A stretch of 64,000 nt of DNA from Lepidodermella squamata. Its lineage: Eukaryota; Animalia; Gastrotricha. Made by a program: the position numbers and the translations under genes. The stretch covers positions 6,822-70,821 of the forward strand of contig JBLDXI010000039.1 of NCBI GenBank assembly GCA_047495785.1, written 5' to 3'. Below, in pieces: positions 34,557 through 45,322 of the stretch (the stretch's first letter is position 1; each line of letters starts with the position of its first letter). A model generated the notes under the pieces. That model was not told where the DNA came from. It did no database searches and saw only the letters and a program-made list of their open reading frames with translations.

Positions 34557-37500
34557 TCAAAAAGCACATGCTGCGTAATGCCCATGCGCATATGTTTTTA
34601 GACCATCGCTACATACCCATCTTTTATCATCATATGGGCATAGCGCTACCTTTGTATTTTGAATAGTTACCAGTTTATGATTAAACGATCGAATTTGATT
34701 GAACGTAGCTTTAGTCACGACATGTCTCAATACGCAATCTTTATAGTTGTCAAATTGTATCTGCTTTTTCACACAATGTTTTACAACTCCTTTAGCTTTC
34801 TTTACTGATGTCTGTTTATTGAGTCCTGAGTTTTCCCCAGCACTCGAAATTACTGTAGATTTAAAGCTATAGGATTTTGATCTCAAGCCAACAAATTCAG
34901 TAATGGTTGAAAGGGTTATACCTCCAGCACATTCATCTTTGAACTTACCAATAACTTTCTTGTTAATGTTTGAATGCAATGCATGATCTTTAGGGTAATC
35001 ACTGAAGTCCATCAGTTCTTTGAGACTTTCCATGTCCTTATATATATCTGCGGTTTCTACGTGATAACATAGTGAATCAGTATCAGTGAATAATAGCTTT
35101 GCTCTGTCGCCATAACTATTCTTTATCACGCTGTAATGAAAATCATACATTAAAGTTTTTGATAATTCCAAAACGCTGAAACCGACAATTATCGGACGAT
35201 CAAATTTGATAGACGTTTTTGCCATATTTACGCTGCATAAATCTTCGGCAATCACTTTGGCATCTTTGAAATTAGGCTTATTTATCAATTTTTGTAATTT
35301 CGTGGATTGAGTCACAAGTCTAACGTCAACTCTTTTTCTTAGATTCTCCATAGTTTTTCCGAATACGGCATTATTCATTAATTTGAAGAAGTCTTTTTCA
35401 AAGTCATTTTTAGCTTCACTTCTCTTATTAGTGTTAAATTCAATATACGGTGCCAGCCATTTAGACTGCTCAAAGATCAACACTTTATGCACTTTTTTCA
35501 AAACCAAACCCATTTTCAATGCCTGCTTCAGGTTTCTGTAATGAATAATATAGCGAGTCTTGTCATTTAGATTTTGAGTCAGCTTTTTTATGGCTGGCTG
35601 TTTCGGTAGCTTCAATTCTTGGATAACATTTTGCATGAAAGGGCTAGGGTTGCAACTTGTCTGCTCAGGGCAGAATGGATAGTCATTATGTGCATCATGC
35701 AGCGTTGCAGGATATTCCAAATCTACCATGAACATATATCCAGTATTATCATCATCTCCTAAATTCATTATAAAATCGGTGGTATATTTATCCAAGTTAT
35801 TTTCCCATTGATATCGCCCCAATGGTAATACTTGTGACATAGCATAGCCGTAAAGATTATTAGCATCCAGGTATATAATATATGAATCAGGCTTCGCTGG
35901 ATCGTATTCTAACATGTATTTGTTATTTGCTCCTGCATATCTATGTGTAATTACGCTGACACCGCCTCGAATTCCCTCCTCTACAAATGTTAGCATATCT
36001 TCGTTATCTAATAGTTCGATTTGAACTCCGGTTTTCTTCAGCATGGCATCCCAGGACAGGCTTGGTGCCGTTAAATAATGAGCAGGATCCAGAGTATAAT
36101 ACTTCATACATGTTTCCCTGAAACTTTCGAAACAATCAGCTAAAAGTAACACATCAGTTTTCAAATAAAGGTTATGATAGTCTTTCAGTTTTCGACAGCC
36201 AAATTCATTATATACGCGTTTAGCGTGTTCATAATCCTCTCGTGATATTGGTACCCGCTCTAATTTCCCATCTATTGAACTTGAGTGAAGGCTGCTAGAA
36301 AAATGTTCAATATCTGGTAGCGAAGGCTCCTCCAATTTTTCAGGCCCATCCATATATTCATAGGGATAAAATCCCTTACGCTTTATCAGATCTAATTGCA
36401 GGTCTGTCAACCTCGAAAATTGACTCTTTAAATGAGGAAACGCTCCGTTTGATTTTTTCAAATTTTGTACCAAATCGGCCAAACTTATTGACATGAAATT
36501 AAGGCTATCCATGAACCTTAATTTTCCAATGTTGAAGGAAATGAATTTCTCTGAGCTATTCGCAATCGCTCCTATCTGTAGCAGAGGTTTCTTGCTTCGA
36601 TTTTTCTGATCCTTTGGTAATTTATCCCTTTCTTTTATTCTTTCCTCATTTATTTCCTCTATCACTTTTCCAGCTGCCTGTAAAATCAAATGTGCATCAT
36701 AACCTTTCAAATTATGAAATACAACTGGTATATTGACATTTCTATAGCTATATTTCAAGTTACATAAACTATGAGCTGCACCTCTGTAATAACCTGTCAG
36801 ATGATCATGATCTCGCACTTTTTTCAATTTCTCTGAATCATTGACAAAGACGCCTTTGCAAATATGACACTGTGATGCCTTATTATATTCCGTTTCTTGT
36901 TGCCTTGTCAATTGCATCGCCTTGTTGGTATTTCTCAGATATGAACTCAAAAAAGATTCGGTTTTTATCAAATATCTCAGAAATTTCTCAGTGCATTCCT
37001 CACCCTCAAATTTTACATACCGTGAGGAGATGCTATCCACATCACTTGCAAGGTAAGCACCAAAAGAGTTCGCTACATGTTTCTGGAAAATATTCGAGTT
37101 TTCTCCCTTTTTCTCATCTGTTTTAACAAGGAAACTCTCTGCGTCGCAATAAAATATAAATGGTATTTTTAGTTGTTTGCCATAATTTTTAAACATAACC
37201 GATTCGCCCTTGGGCATTTCAACTTTAACTTTCCCATTTTTCTCATTGCACTTCTGTCTATCAATATGTTGTTGCTTTGACTCAGCGCTATTAAAACCTT
37301 GAAAACATTTGAAACACCAGAATCGCTTATGCTCATGCTTATTCACTCGTGATAAAAGTGCACTTGGATTTTTAATCCAGCAGTAATGTGCTTGTTTATT
37401 TTCAACAATTCTAAGCAGATTAACTTCTTCTCGAAATTTTTTATCTGATACGTAAAACGGGAAGAGGACCTCCTTATCAATTTTCCCACATTCAATAATG

Positions 37501-38792
37501 TTTATTCGTATTTTATTCATATCTTCCAATTTCGATATATCTTTAATGTTGATTGGGAATTTTACACCTTCAATTTTTATCGTACTTTCATATTTAACAT
37601 ACTTCGAAACTCGGTAAGCATGATCATCAAATCGATGTCGTGAAGCGAGAATGCTCCATATTATGCATTTATTATCTTTGTTCTGGACATTAATGACAGC
37701 TTTTTTATTAGCGATCCATTTGGGTGTCTCGATATATGAGCCAGCTGCCAGCGGCGTATACGTAAATGTACATACGCTTGTATTTCCAATACCTAACAAA
37801 GTCCCACCAGTATCTCGCTGATGGTATTCTTGAATACTCGACCCCATTTGTGTGAACATATTTTCTACAACACCAGGGATATCATCGCAACTAATTATTG
37901 TTGGAGCTCTCTCATTCGATGAACTCCATTTATAAGTTGGTGTCGCGTTATTTTCTTGATAATATAAGGCTGTTATCAACACAGCTTTTACAGGGCCGCG
38001 TTCAGTGAATTGTTTCCGATATTCGTTTATTACTTTAGGTTTAATTTTCCTTGCATATTCGAAAAAATCTATTTCATATGTGTTTGTTGGCTCTAAGTCA
38101 GTGCGAGAAAGAATATTTCTGAAATGTCCGAAATTATCAACATTTACTATATGAAAGTAATCATCCTTTTCTAAGCTGTTAGTACCTTTAACGTATTTAT
38201 ATCCATCCGCAATGAGCTGATGAAATTTATTGCCATCAATTTTGATCTTATTCATTGTTTTTGGGTTGACAACAAAACCAATCTTTTCCTGTCTTTTAGA
38301 CATTTTATTTGAATTATCTTTAATAGCATAGCCCTGTCTCCGCAAGCTTTCATATCTTTCTCCACCTATTAGTATAGGCTTACCATTTATCGGGTCAAAT
38401 ACATATCCTTCTCTTATCTTATTTTCATATTTGATTAATATGTTATTTTCAGAATCGTAAGCATGTGTATTTCTAACCATTTTTACAAATTCTCTTGATC
38501 CGACTTCAATTTTTCCGCCATTTAAAGATGCTAATTTTTTTAGTTGGTTTCTATATTTCTCATATTTATAATTACGTTCTATCAATTGATTAAATATTTC
38601 CCCATTAACAGGGATTAAACTTCCGTCTGCAGGATTAACAACATGATGAATATACGGCTGACCATTTTTAAGCCATTTTTTACCAATTTCATCATATGTA
38701 AAACCCTCTTTAATGTACTTTCTGAAGGCTTTTCCACCCATTTTCATATCAAAACCCTTTGGACTCTGTATGCACGAATTTTCTTGACTCAT
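34557..38792 (-). CDS. polB: Protein-primed family B DNA polymerase (pPolB) with an HNH/EndoVII-like insert
   Basis: ExoI YCDAES, ExoII HNLKGYD, ExoIII YLKTDV, motif A YLDANNLYG, motif B KLMNNAVFGK, motif C TDTDS; insert DHDHLTGYYRGAAHSLCN. Confidence 0.96.
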   Translation of the reverse strand: MSQENSCIQSPKGFDMKMGGKAFRKYIKEGFTYDEIGKKWLKNGQPYIHHVVNPADGSLIPVNGEIFNQLIERNYKYEKYRNQLKKLASLNGGKIEVGSREFVKMVRNTHAYDSENNILIKYENKIREGYVFDPINGKPILIGGERYESLRRQGYAIKDNSNKMSKRQEKIGFVVNPKTMNKIKIDGNKFHQLIADGYKYVKGTNSLEKDDYFHIVNVDNFGHFRNILSRTDLEPTNTYEIDFFEYARKIKPKVINEYRKQFTERGPVKAVLITALYYQENNATPTYKWSSSNERAPTIISCDDIPGVVENMFTQMGSSIQEYHQRDTGGTLLGIGNTSVCTFTYTPLAAGSYIETPKWIANKKAVINVQNKDNKCIIWSILASRHRFDDHAYRVSKYVKYESTIKIEGVKFPINIKDISKLEDMNKIRINIIECGKIDKEVLFPFYVSDKKFREEVNLLRIVENKQAHYCWIKNPSALLSRVNKHEHKRFWCFKCFQGFNSAESKQQHIDRQKCNEKNGKVKVEMPKGESVMFKNYGKQLKIPFIFYCDAESFLVKTDEKKGENSNIFQKHVANSFGAYLASDVDSISSRYVKFEGEECTEKFLRYLIKTESFLSSYLRNTNKAMQLTRQQETEYNKASQCHICKGVFVNDSEKLKKVRDHDHLTGYYRGAAHSLCNLKYSYRNVNIPVVFHNLKGYDAHLILQAAGKVIEEINEERIKERDKLPKDQKNRSKKPLLQIGAIANSSEKFISFNIGKLRFMDSLNFMSISLADLVQNLKKSNGAFPHLKSQFSRLTDLQLDLIKRKGFYPYEYMDGPEKLEEPSLPDIEHFSSSLHSSSIDGKLERVPISREDYEHAKRVYNEFGCRKLKDYHNLYLKTDVLLLADCFESFRETCMKYYTLDPAHYLTAPSLSWDAMLKKTGVQIELLDNEDMLTFVEEGIRGGVSVITHRYAGANNKYMLEYDPAKPDSYIIYLDANNLYGYAMSQVLPLGRYQWENNLDKYTTDFIMNLGDDDNTGYMFMVDLEYPATLHDAHNDYPFCPEQTSCNPSPFMQNVIQELKLPKQPAIKKLTQNLNDKTRYIIHYRNLKQALKMGLVLKKVHKVLIFEQSKWLAPYIEFNTNKRSEAKNDFEKDFFKLMNNAVFGKTMENLRKRVDVRLVTQSTKLQKLINKPNFKDAKVIAEDLCSVNMAKTSIKFDRPIIVGFSVLELSKTLMYDFHYSVIKNSYGDRAKLLFTDTDSLCYHVETADIYKDMESLKELMDFSDYPKDHALHSNINKKVIGKFKDECAGGITLSTITEFVGLRSKSYSFKSTVISSAGENSGLNKQTSVKKAKGVVKHCVKKQIQFDNYKDCVLRHVVTKATFNQIRSFNHKLVTIQNTKVALCPYDDKRWVCSDGLKTYAHGHYAACAF

Positions 38793-38920
38793 TCTTATAT
38801 ATATTATATTAAGAAAATAATTCCTTATATAGAAATTTCAATTTTTTTCTTTTTCCATATTCTTTTTGGAAATGCTTAAAGAATTATTTTCTTGATATAA
38901 TATATATATAGAAATTCACT

Positions 38921-39172
38921 ATGACAACAATTAATAAGCAACCCAGAGGTAGACCTAAAAAATACCTGACAGAAGAAGAAAAATTATTAGCATATAAAGA
39001 GGTTCATAAAAACAGCTGTAAGAAGTACTGGCGTGAAACGTTTCACATGGCGCAATTGAACGATACGATTCTTAATACGACGGATAAGCTGTTGGTTATT
39101 TCAGAAAAGCAATTGGAGGAACTTGTCAGTAACATCATCGCGAATAAATTGAAAAATATTTTCTTGACTTGA
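38921..39172 (+). CDS. Small AT-hook-type DNA-binding protein
   Basis: PRGRPKKY motif near the N-terminus; transcribed divergently from polB. Confidence 0.65.
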   Translation: MTTINKQPRGRPKKYLTEEEKLLAYKEVHKNSCKKYWRETFHMAQLNDTILNTTDKLLVISEKQLEELVSNIIANKLKNIFLT

Positions 39173-39292
39173 TATATAGATGTGAAATATAAATATTACT
39201 TAACGCATTGAAGCCAGTTTAAACTCATTCTTATATATCCACCCTTTTCCCATTTTGACTCAGTAGGGAGTAATTCATTAATGCATCACTCT

Positions 39293-40759
39293 CTAATCAA
39301 TAATATTTTCTGCTTTTTCCCATGTAGGATGGTCATATCCTGCCCATTTAATTAAAACCATATCTTTCCCTTTAACTTTCTTCCTTTGTAATATTTGCTC
39401 AACTCGGTGAATACTGCTGTCATATAAATCACTTTCTTTGATTTTAGACTTCAGTAACTCCTGCTCATAAAAACTTCCAACTACTTCCTCTCCATCTAAT
39501 GCTTTTAATTTATATGTTCTTGGATATGTATCATTGACTTTTACTATTCTCAACAATTCTTCAGACCAATTTGGATGAAATCCTTTTTCAAAATGCTCTT
39601 TAATTCTACTAATCCTTACAATGTCATTCAGCATAAATTTTGGCTTTTTCAATTTCGGCGAGGGATTAGGATAGAGACTTCGTAAAACTTTTTCTTTATT
39701 ATTTGGATTTACTGCTTCAGATGGGGTCATCTTAATTGATCTATGTTTCTTATTGTTATAAGCATCCAACAAAGTATCTAACATATTTATCCATCTTCGT
39801 GTATTTTCAAGAGTAAACCTCTTCCACATCATAGTTTTAAGTGTTCTGTTAAATCGCTCTATAATTGGGTTATGAAAGTTTTCATACGTTGAATATCTGA
39901 TGACATCATTTGTTTTCAACCATTTTGTGAATATTGAGTTATAAAATTCACTACCTTCATCAACCCAAATATTGTTTGGTTTTCTGTTACTTTTATTGAT
40001 AACAGCGATGAATGCATCAAATACAGTTTTAGCATCTTTCGTTTTTAATGGGACAGCCCATGCATATTTTGAAAAGCAATCAATGACAGTTAACAGATAT
40101 TTGTAGCCATCATTGTCATCTGCCAAGTCAACCATGAAACATATATCCATTCCCCATGTTTCATCAACATCATGGAGGATAACCCTGCGTCTTGGAAATC
40201 GCTTTCTAACCGGTTTATGTAATTCATCGGCTAGAATTGGAAAGTTTACTTTACTCGTTTCTAAAGGTTCGGAAAGATTAGGAACATGCTTGATTTTCTT
40301 AATCTTTTTAGTTTCATTTTTACTTACTAGTTTTGGCTCTACATAACTTACTTTCGTCTTTCGTTCACGAAGTGTCATTCCTTTTCCTTGAAACTTATCA
40401 GCTAAACCACCCTCTGTGAACGTTTTGTAAACAAAAGCAGCCATCAGTTTTTCATTACCATTTTTATTCGGATCCTGAGCAATTTTCAAAGCTTTTTCAG
40501 CCAAAATTCTATCAGATATTGTTCGTGGCTCCCTATCTCTATAAAAATGATACGCTGCATCATGTTCCATTGCTGCTCTATCCAAATCATTTATGCCTTT
40601 GTATCCTTCGTTTATCCGTTGAATGAATTTAGTGCCAGGACCAGCATATGAATACTTGTTCGTATTGTTAAAACTACCTTTCCGCACGTATTCACCGGAA
40701 CCCGGAAAACTAGGCAAATGCAATTCGGTCGGCAAGTTATTAATTATCTGATCAAACAT
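39293..40759 (-). CDS. Retroviral-like integrase with an N-terminal parvovirus-type phospholipase A2 domain and a C-terminal chromodomain
   Basis: PLA2 motifs YAGPGT and DRAAMEHDAAY; DDE triad WGMD, WVDEGSEF, IERFNRTLK; chromodomain VEQIL...LIKWAGYD..TWE. Confidence 0.93.
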   Translation of the reverse strand: MFDQIINNLPTELHLPSFPGSGEYVRKGSFNNTNKYSYAGPGTKFIQRINEGYKGINDLDRAAMEHDAAYHFYRDREPRTISDRILAEKALKIAQDPNKNGNEKLMAAFVYKTFTEGGLADKFQGKGMTLRERKTKVSYVEPKLVSKNETKKIKKIKHVPNLSEPLETSKVNFPILADELHKPVRKRFPRRRVILHDVDETWGMDICFMVDLADDNDGYKYLLTVIDCFSKYAWAVPLKTKDAKTVFDAFIAVINKSNRKPNNIWVDEGSEFYNSIFTKWLKTNDVIRYSTYENFHNPIIERFNRTLKTMMWKRFTLENTRRWINMLDTLLDAYNNKKHRSIKMTPSEAVNPNNKEKVLRSLYPNPSPKLKKPKFMLNDIVRISRIKEHFEKGFHPNWSEELLRIVKVNDTYPRTYKLKALDGEEVVGSFYEQELLKSKIKESDLYDSSIHRVEQILQRKKVKGKDMVLIKWAGYDHPTWEKAENIID

Positions 40760-40880
40760 TTCTGAAGTATAGCTAGAAGTTCAATGGTTTCGAAATTCAC
40801 GCCTACAAGCTCGAATATGATGAATCATGAAAAGTCGCGCTTACAAGCTCGGCTGCAAATTTTCTAATATATTTATAAGA

Positions 40881-41582
40881 ATGATTAATTTTGATGATAT
40901 AGTTTCCCAAGGCAGTAATAATTATATAAATCCAAATCCATTTTTCCCCCAGCATCCTGCTAGAATATTAATTATCGGGCCTAGTAATTCAGGTAAAACT
41001 AATGATTTGCTGAACATCATACATAACTCAGTTTTTCATAAAATATACGTTTATTCCAAAACACTTGATGAGGATAAGTATCAATTTCTAATCAACGTTC
41101 AACGACGGAAAGAAGAGGAATTGAAGAAATCAGGTATCTCTGAAAGCCTCATTCATTTTAGTACAGACTTAAAAGATGCGATACCAATGGAAGATCTGGA
41201 TAAGCGTTATCAACATCTATACATTTTTGATGATGTATGTTTAACCGAAAAGAAAAGCCAAGAAAAATATATTGGCGATTTGTATATAAGAAGTAGAAAA
41301 TACAACTGCTCGGTCGTGTATTTATCTCAATCGTATTTCAAAGTACCGAAAATAATCAGGGACAACGCTTTATTCGTTGTATTGAAACATTTGAATGATT
41401 TTAGAGAGGTTAAAACTATTCATAACATATATGCATCCGAAATGGTAAGAGAAGACTTTATGAAAAAATATGAAGAAAGCATCAGCACTTACAATCGCCA
41501 TGGTAGTTTCATTATTGATTGTAATTCCAGGCATAAGTTGCTGAAACTGAGAGCAAATTACATAGGTATATTTCATTCGTAA
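40881..41582 (+). CDS. FtsK/A32-family genome packaging ATPase
   Basis: Walker A GPSNSGKT, Walker B YIFDD, and RSRKYNCSVVYLSQ; ATG at 40881 preferred (ORF is open from 40827). Confidence 0.92.
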   Translation: MINFDDIVSQGSNNYINPNPFFPQHPARILIIGPSNSGKTNDLLNIIHNSVFHKIYVYSKTLDEDKYQFLINVQRRKEEELKKSGISESLIHFSTDLKDAIPMEDLDKRYQHLYIFDDVCLTEKKSQEKYIGDLYIRSRKYNCSVVYLSQSYFKVPKIIRDNALFVVLKHLNDFREVKTIHNIYASEMVREDFMKKYEESISTYNRHGSFIIDCNSRHKLLKLRANYIGIFHS

Positions 41583-41593
41583 TTATCTAGTCA

Positions 41594-42724
41594 TTGATTA
41601 AAAAGACTTTCATGACGATCAAAGAACTAACAATACCCGAACAAATTCAAATTTTAAAAAATTTGGAAAAACAGGAAAATCTGCACAATCAAAATATCGC
41701 CCTTGCCAATGGAGATACATACACTTTGAAGCATAAATATAACGTAGACACCGAATTGAATCATCTAGCGTCCATTCAAAATGCGATCAAACAACGACCT
41801 GTTGTCAATTCTATAGAAAAATTGAATAATAATTTAACAAGAATGAAGCCTGAGGTGATAGCCAAAGAAATAGCCCAAGAAGTTAAATCTGAATTAAAGC
41901 AACCTAAATTGGAACCTTCAAGCCCATTATCAAAAAGTGAGTCAACTGATAGAGATGAAAACACATATGAAGAATATCAAAGTGCTCGAGAGCCTGAGAT
42001 CGATATGAAAAGCATTAATGAGAATGTAATCAAGAAACATAATTTCCCCCTGGTTGATGACATTGAAGCTGATAATATTGAAGATGTCATACATGATATA
42101 TCTGAATATAATAAGAGGGTTTTAGGATCACGTTTAGCTACTTTGACACGCGGCGGTAAAAAAGAATCAGAGGAATACAATCAAATAAAATTCGAAATTG
42201 GAGAACTTAAAAAATACAGGTCAGCCTTAGAGAAACTAACTGGGGAACAGAGTGGCAGCGGATTTGCTAAACCAATTCCAAAAAATTTAATAAAATTTGG
42301 GAAATATTATGCTAAGATTAAAGATCTTGCGAGTAACAAATTATGCATTAGGAAGAAAAATAATGCGATAGTTTTTAATATGAATATAACCAATGGAGTA
42401 AAACATTTGTTATTCAAAAACTACGATCCAAAGAAGTACAACTATACGAATGAAGATATTGACATGTATAAAGAAATAATAAGAAAGACCAATTTCGAAC
42501 CTAAAAAACATTCTAAGGTAAATAGGGTTATAAAAGGAGAATCACTATTTCTGAATGTCAAGGATGCAAAAACAAGACTATTACATTGCCTTGGTGAAAT
42601 AAAAGCCGGTAACAACAATAAAGAAATTAAAAATGAATTAGTATCCATAGCTGATTTACTTCTGAAACATAAAAATATCTCAGATGCAGAATACAAGAAT
42701 GTTTGCACGTTTGCCAATATCTAA
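41594..42724 (+). CDS. Conserved Maverick protein of unknown function
   Basis: C-terminal RLLHCLGEIKAGNNNKEIKNE resembles a motif recurrent in Polinton proteins; lies within the virion gene cluster. Confidence 0.65.
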   Translation: MIKKTFMTIKELTIPEQIQILKNLEKQENLHNQNIALANGDTYTLKHKYNVDTELNHLASIQNAIKQRPVVNSIEKLNNNLTRMKPEVIAKEIAQEVKSELKQPKLEPSSPLSKSESTDRDENTYEEYQSAREPEIDMKSINENVIKKHNFPLVDDIEADNIEDVIHDISEYNKRVLGSRLATLTRGGKKESEEYNQIKFEIGELKKYRSALEKLTGEQSGSGFAKPIPKNLIKFGKYYAKIKDLASNKLCIRKKNNAIVFNMNITNGVKHLLFKNYDPKKYNYTNEDIDMYKEIIRKTNFEPKKHSKVNRVIKGESLFLNVKDAKTRLLHCLGEIKAGNNNKEIKNELVSIADLLLKHKNISDAEYKNVCTFANI

Positions 42725-42735
42725 CTTAATAATAA

Positions 42736-43476
42736 ATGAGTATGATATTTCTGCCATTAGAAAATAATCAGAATAACAAGTCAACACTAAATAATACTAT
42801 AGATCGCTATCTTAATCAAAAGATCAACTTTTCAGGACGGAAAATAGCTGTTTCCTATATTCATTTTTATGACACATTTCATAATGTTTCCGGGAAATAT
42901 AATAACAACAAATTAAAATACATAACAGAAGATGAAACATTCGAGGTTACATTTCCTGATGGGACCTATACTTACAAAGATTTTGATAATTACTTACACT
43001 TCTCCATGAAAAATAATAATCACTATTCCCTGGATAAGGAATCAGGGGTTGAAATTTATCCAATAAATCTCGTGGTAAATAGTGTATTTTCTTGTCTCAG
43101 CATTAGGATATCAGAGAAATTTGGCCTTTTAATAGAATCTGACGGGATTTCAAAATTTTTAGGTATCGAAATTGGAAATTACGATAGTGATTTCAATTCT
43201 CAGAAAATACCTGATATCACAATGGGGTTCGATACTTTATTTGTTCATTGCAATGTTGTTGATAATTCTATAATTCCTGAATATAACACAGTGATTTTTA
43301 CATGTCCCATGAATAGGAGATTCGGCGAGCATGTAAATATAACACCGAATGAAAAACGGTATTTAGATTGTAATAACGCAAATACGCAAAATATTAAAAT
43401 CTGGCTGACTAATCAAGACGGATTGCCTATTCACTTTGTTGAAAACAAATGGGGCATTGGATTAGATATTATATGA
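42736..43476 (+). CDS. Minor capsid protein (penton, single jelly roll)
   Basis: FPDGTY, LFVHCNVV and IWLTNQDGLPIHF motifs typical of Polinton pentons; 246 aa. Confidence 0.82.
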   Translation: MSMIFLPLENNQNNKSTLNNTIDRYLNQKINFSGRKIAVSYIHFYDTFHNVSGKYNNNKLKYITEDETFEVTFPDGTYTYKDFDNYLHFSMKNNNHYSLDKESGVEIYPINLVVNSVFSCLSIRISEKFGLLIESDGISKFLGIEIGNYDSDFNSQKIPDITMGFDTLFVHCNVVDNSIIPEYNTVIFTCPMNRRFGEHVNITPNEKRYLDCNNANTQNIKIWLTNQDGLPIHFVENKWGIGLDII

Positions 43477-43592
43477 CCCATGAAAATTCGCGCCTACAAG
43501 CTCGATTACGATGAATCATGAAAATTCGCGCCTATAAGCTCGAATCGGATGATAAAGACGATAGATTGTGGAATTTCTAGTTTTATAATAAA

Positions 43593-43904
43593 ATGAAACA
43601 GAACTCTAAAAAAATTTATATTCGGGGTAGAGGATTCGTGGAAGTTAGTAAGCAATTATTAGGAAAATTGATTAGCATGGGTAGAGATCCTGCAGAGTCA
43701 TTGCTAAAATCCGCTCTAAAATCTGGTAGTGAAGTAGTTGGTGATAAGTTAGGAAATTACGTAGCAGCAAAAATAACTGAGCAAGTAATACCTGATCCTC
43801 AACAGAATATAAAAGCTATTGAAGAGTTGGAGAATAGAATAAAGGATGAAATAGCAAGCTTTAATTCAGATAGAATAACCGGGAAAGGGTTCAAAAAAAT
43901 CTAG
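43593..43904 (+). CDS. Small putative virion core protein
   Basis: RGRGF and TGKGF motifs; immediately upstream of the major capsid gene. Confidence 0.55.
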   Translation: MKQNSKKIYIRGRGFVEVSKQLLGKLISMGRDPAESLLKSALKSGSEVVGDKLGNYVAAKITEQVIPDPQQNIKAIEELENRIKDEIASFNSDRITGKGFKKI

Positions 43905-43917
43905 TTATATTGATAAA

Positions 43918-45297
43918 ATGTTACAGCAAGAAATCATTAACAATCTGTTTGAAACCACCGAAATTGATGACAGATTATTTGAGAAGAAGGTATGGACTGA
44001 AACTCCCGCGCAGAATTTCATTCAGGATAGTCAGAGCCAACCAAACAAATTGATATTTTCTACAATCAATTTGAAAGACAATTTCCTATTAGTTCGAGAA
44101 GGGTACATTGAATTTCAGCTTCACTTTGTCAGAAATAATGCTAAGGATTTTGCTGCTACTGATAAATATGCTATTCGTAATCATGTGTTGAGTTTATTTG
44201 AATCTGTTGAAATTCAGATATCTGACAGCGATCATAAAATTGAAGAATTGAGATTCACCGAACATTGGGCAAATATCAACTTCTTGTTAAAATGGAGTAA
44301 AGAATATGCTGAGACGTATGGAGAAGAATCGTTGTTTTCTAGGGATTGTCCATTGCCAAGAGCAACAAGAACACTTAGCGAAGATGTAACAGCTGATTCA
44401 TTTGACGGATCCAAAGCTACTGCGAATAATGGTCTTATTGTAAGGAGTTCATTTGTAAAAAGTAACCAAATGATATGTACTCTGTTCTTGAAAGATCTTC
44501 CATTTTTCAATTCATTCAATGGTATTTTCACCAAATCAAGATTCAGAATTATATTAACCCCGAATTATAGTAAAAGCCTAATATATGTCATTGCAGATGC
44601 AGCCACGGGTGAAACTGCTGGTATGACATATAAAATATCGAAAGCAAATCTGATGATTCCAGAAGTTACGCTCATGAATAAAAATAAGTTGGAAGTTTTA
44701 GAAAAATTCAATTCAGGATTTTCAAAAGTTCACAAATGGATGTCGATCGAACCATTCCAATCACAGCAATTTGCAAATAATATTCAGAATATTCAATGGA
44801 CAGTGTCAACAGAAATTAAGAAACCAAATTACATTTATTTAGTATTAATTCCTGATTATACTGATACTGAAATACCTAAAAAATTAAACCAGATATACAA
44901 CCTATGGAACATTACTTCATATTCTTTGTTGATTAATAACAAGGAAGCTTTTAATGAGTCAAACGTTAGTTTTAATTCATTGAAGGCACATAAATTATAT
45001 CAATACATAAAACAGAATATGTCTCAATCTGGTGACAGAGAAAGTTTAAATATAGGATCGCAAATTTCGTATCTCGATTTCTGCAATTTGTATAGAATCC
45101 TATGTTTCAATCTAAATGATATTGATGCAAGTTCAATATATAATTCACGTGCTGATAATACTTGTTCAATCGTTTTCAAAGCTACTGTTGGTGCAGTTAA
45201 TAAGCCCTTAGTAATTTATAGTTTCATTGAACGTGAAAAAGAAATCGCATTTAATTATAAGCATGGAACTTTGGATATATCTCTGCAAAGTCTATGA
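43918..45297 (+). CDS. Major capsid protein (double jelly roll)
   Basis: 459 aa, beta-rich, with SLFESVEIQI and KPNYIYLVL; size and position fit a Polinton MCP. Confidence 0.8.
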   Translation: MLQQEIINNLFETTEIDDRLFEKKVWTETPAQNFIQDSQSQPNKLIFSTINLKDNFLLVREGYIEFQLHFVRNNAKDFAATDKYAIRNHVLSLFESVEIQISDSDHKIEELRFTEHWANINFLLKWSKEYAETYGEESLFSRDCPLPRATRTLSEDVTADSFDGSKATANNGLIVRSSFVKSNQMICTLFLKDLPFFNSFNGIFTKSRFRIILTPNYSKSLIYVIADAATGETAGMTYKISKANLMIPEVTLMNKNKLEVLEKFNSGFSKVHKWMSIEPFQSQQFANNIQNIQWTVSTEIKKPNYIYLVLIPDYTDTEIPKKLNQIYNLWNITSYSLLINNKEAFNESNVSFNSLKAHKLYQYIKQNMSQSGDRESLNIGSQISYLDFCNLYRILCFNLNDIDASSIYNSRADNTCSIVFKATVGAVNKPLVIYSFIEREKEIAFNYKHGTLDISLQSL

Positions 45298-45322
45298 AAA
45301 GAAAATCTAGTCTTCCAATAAA

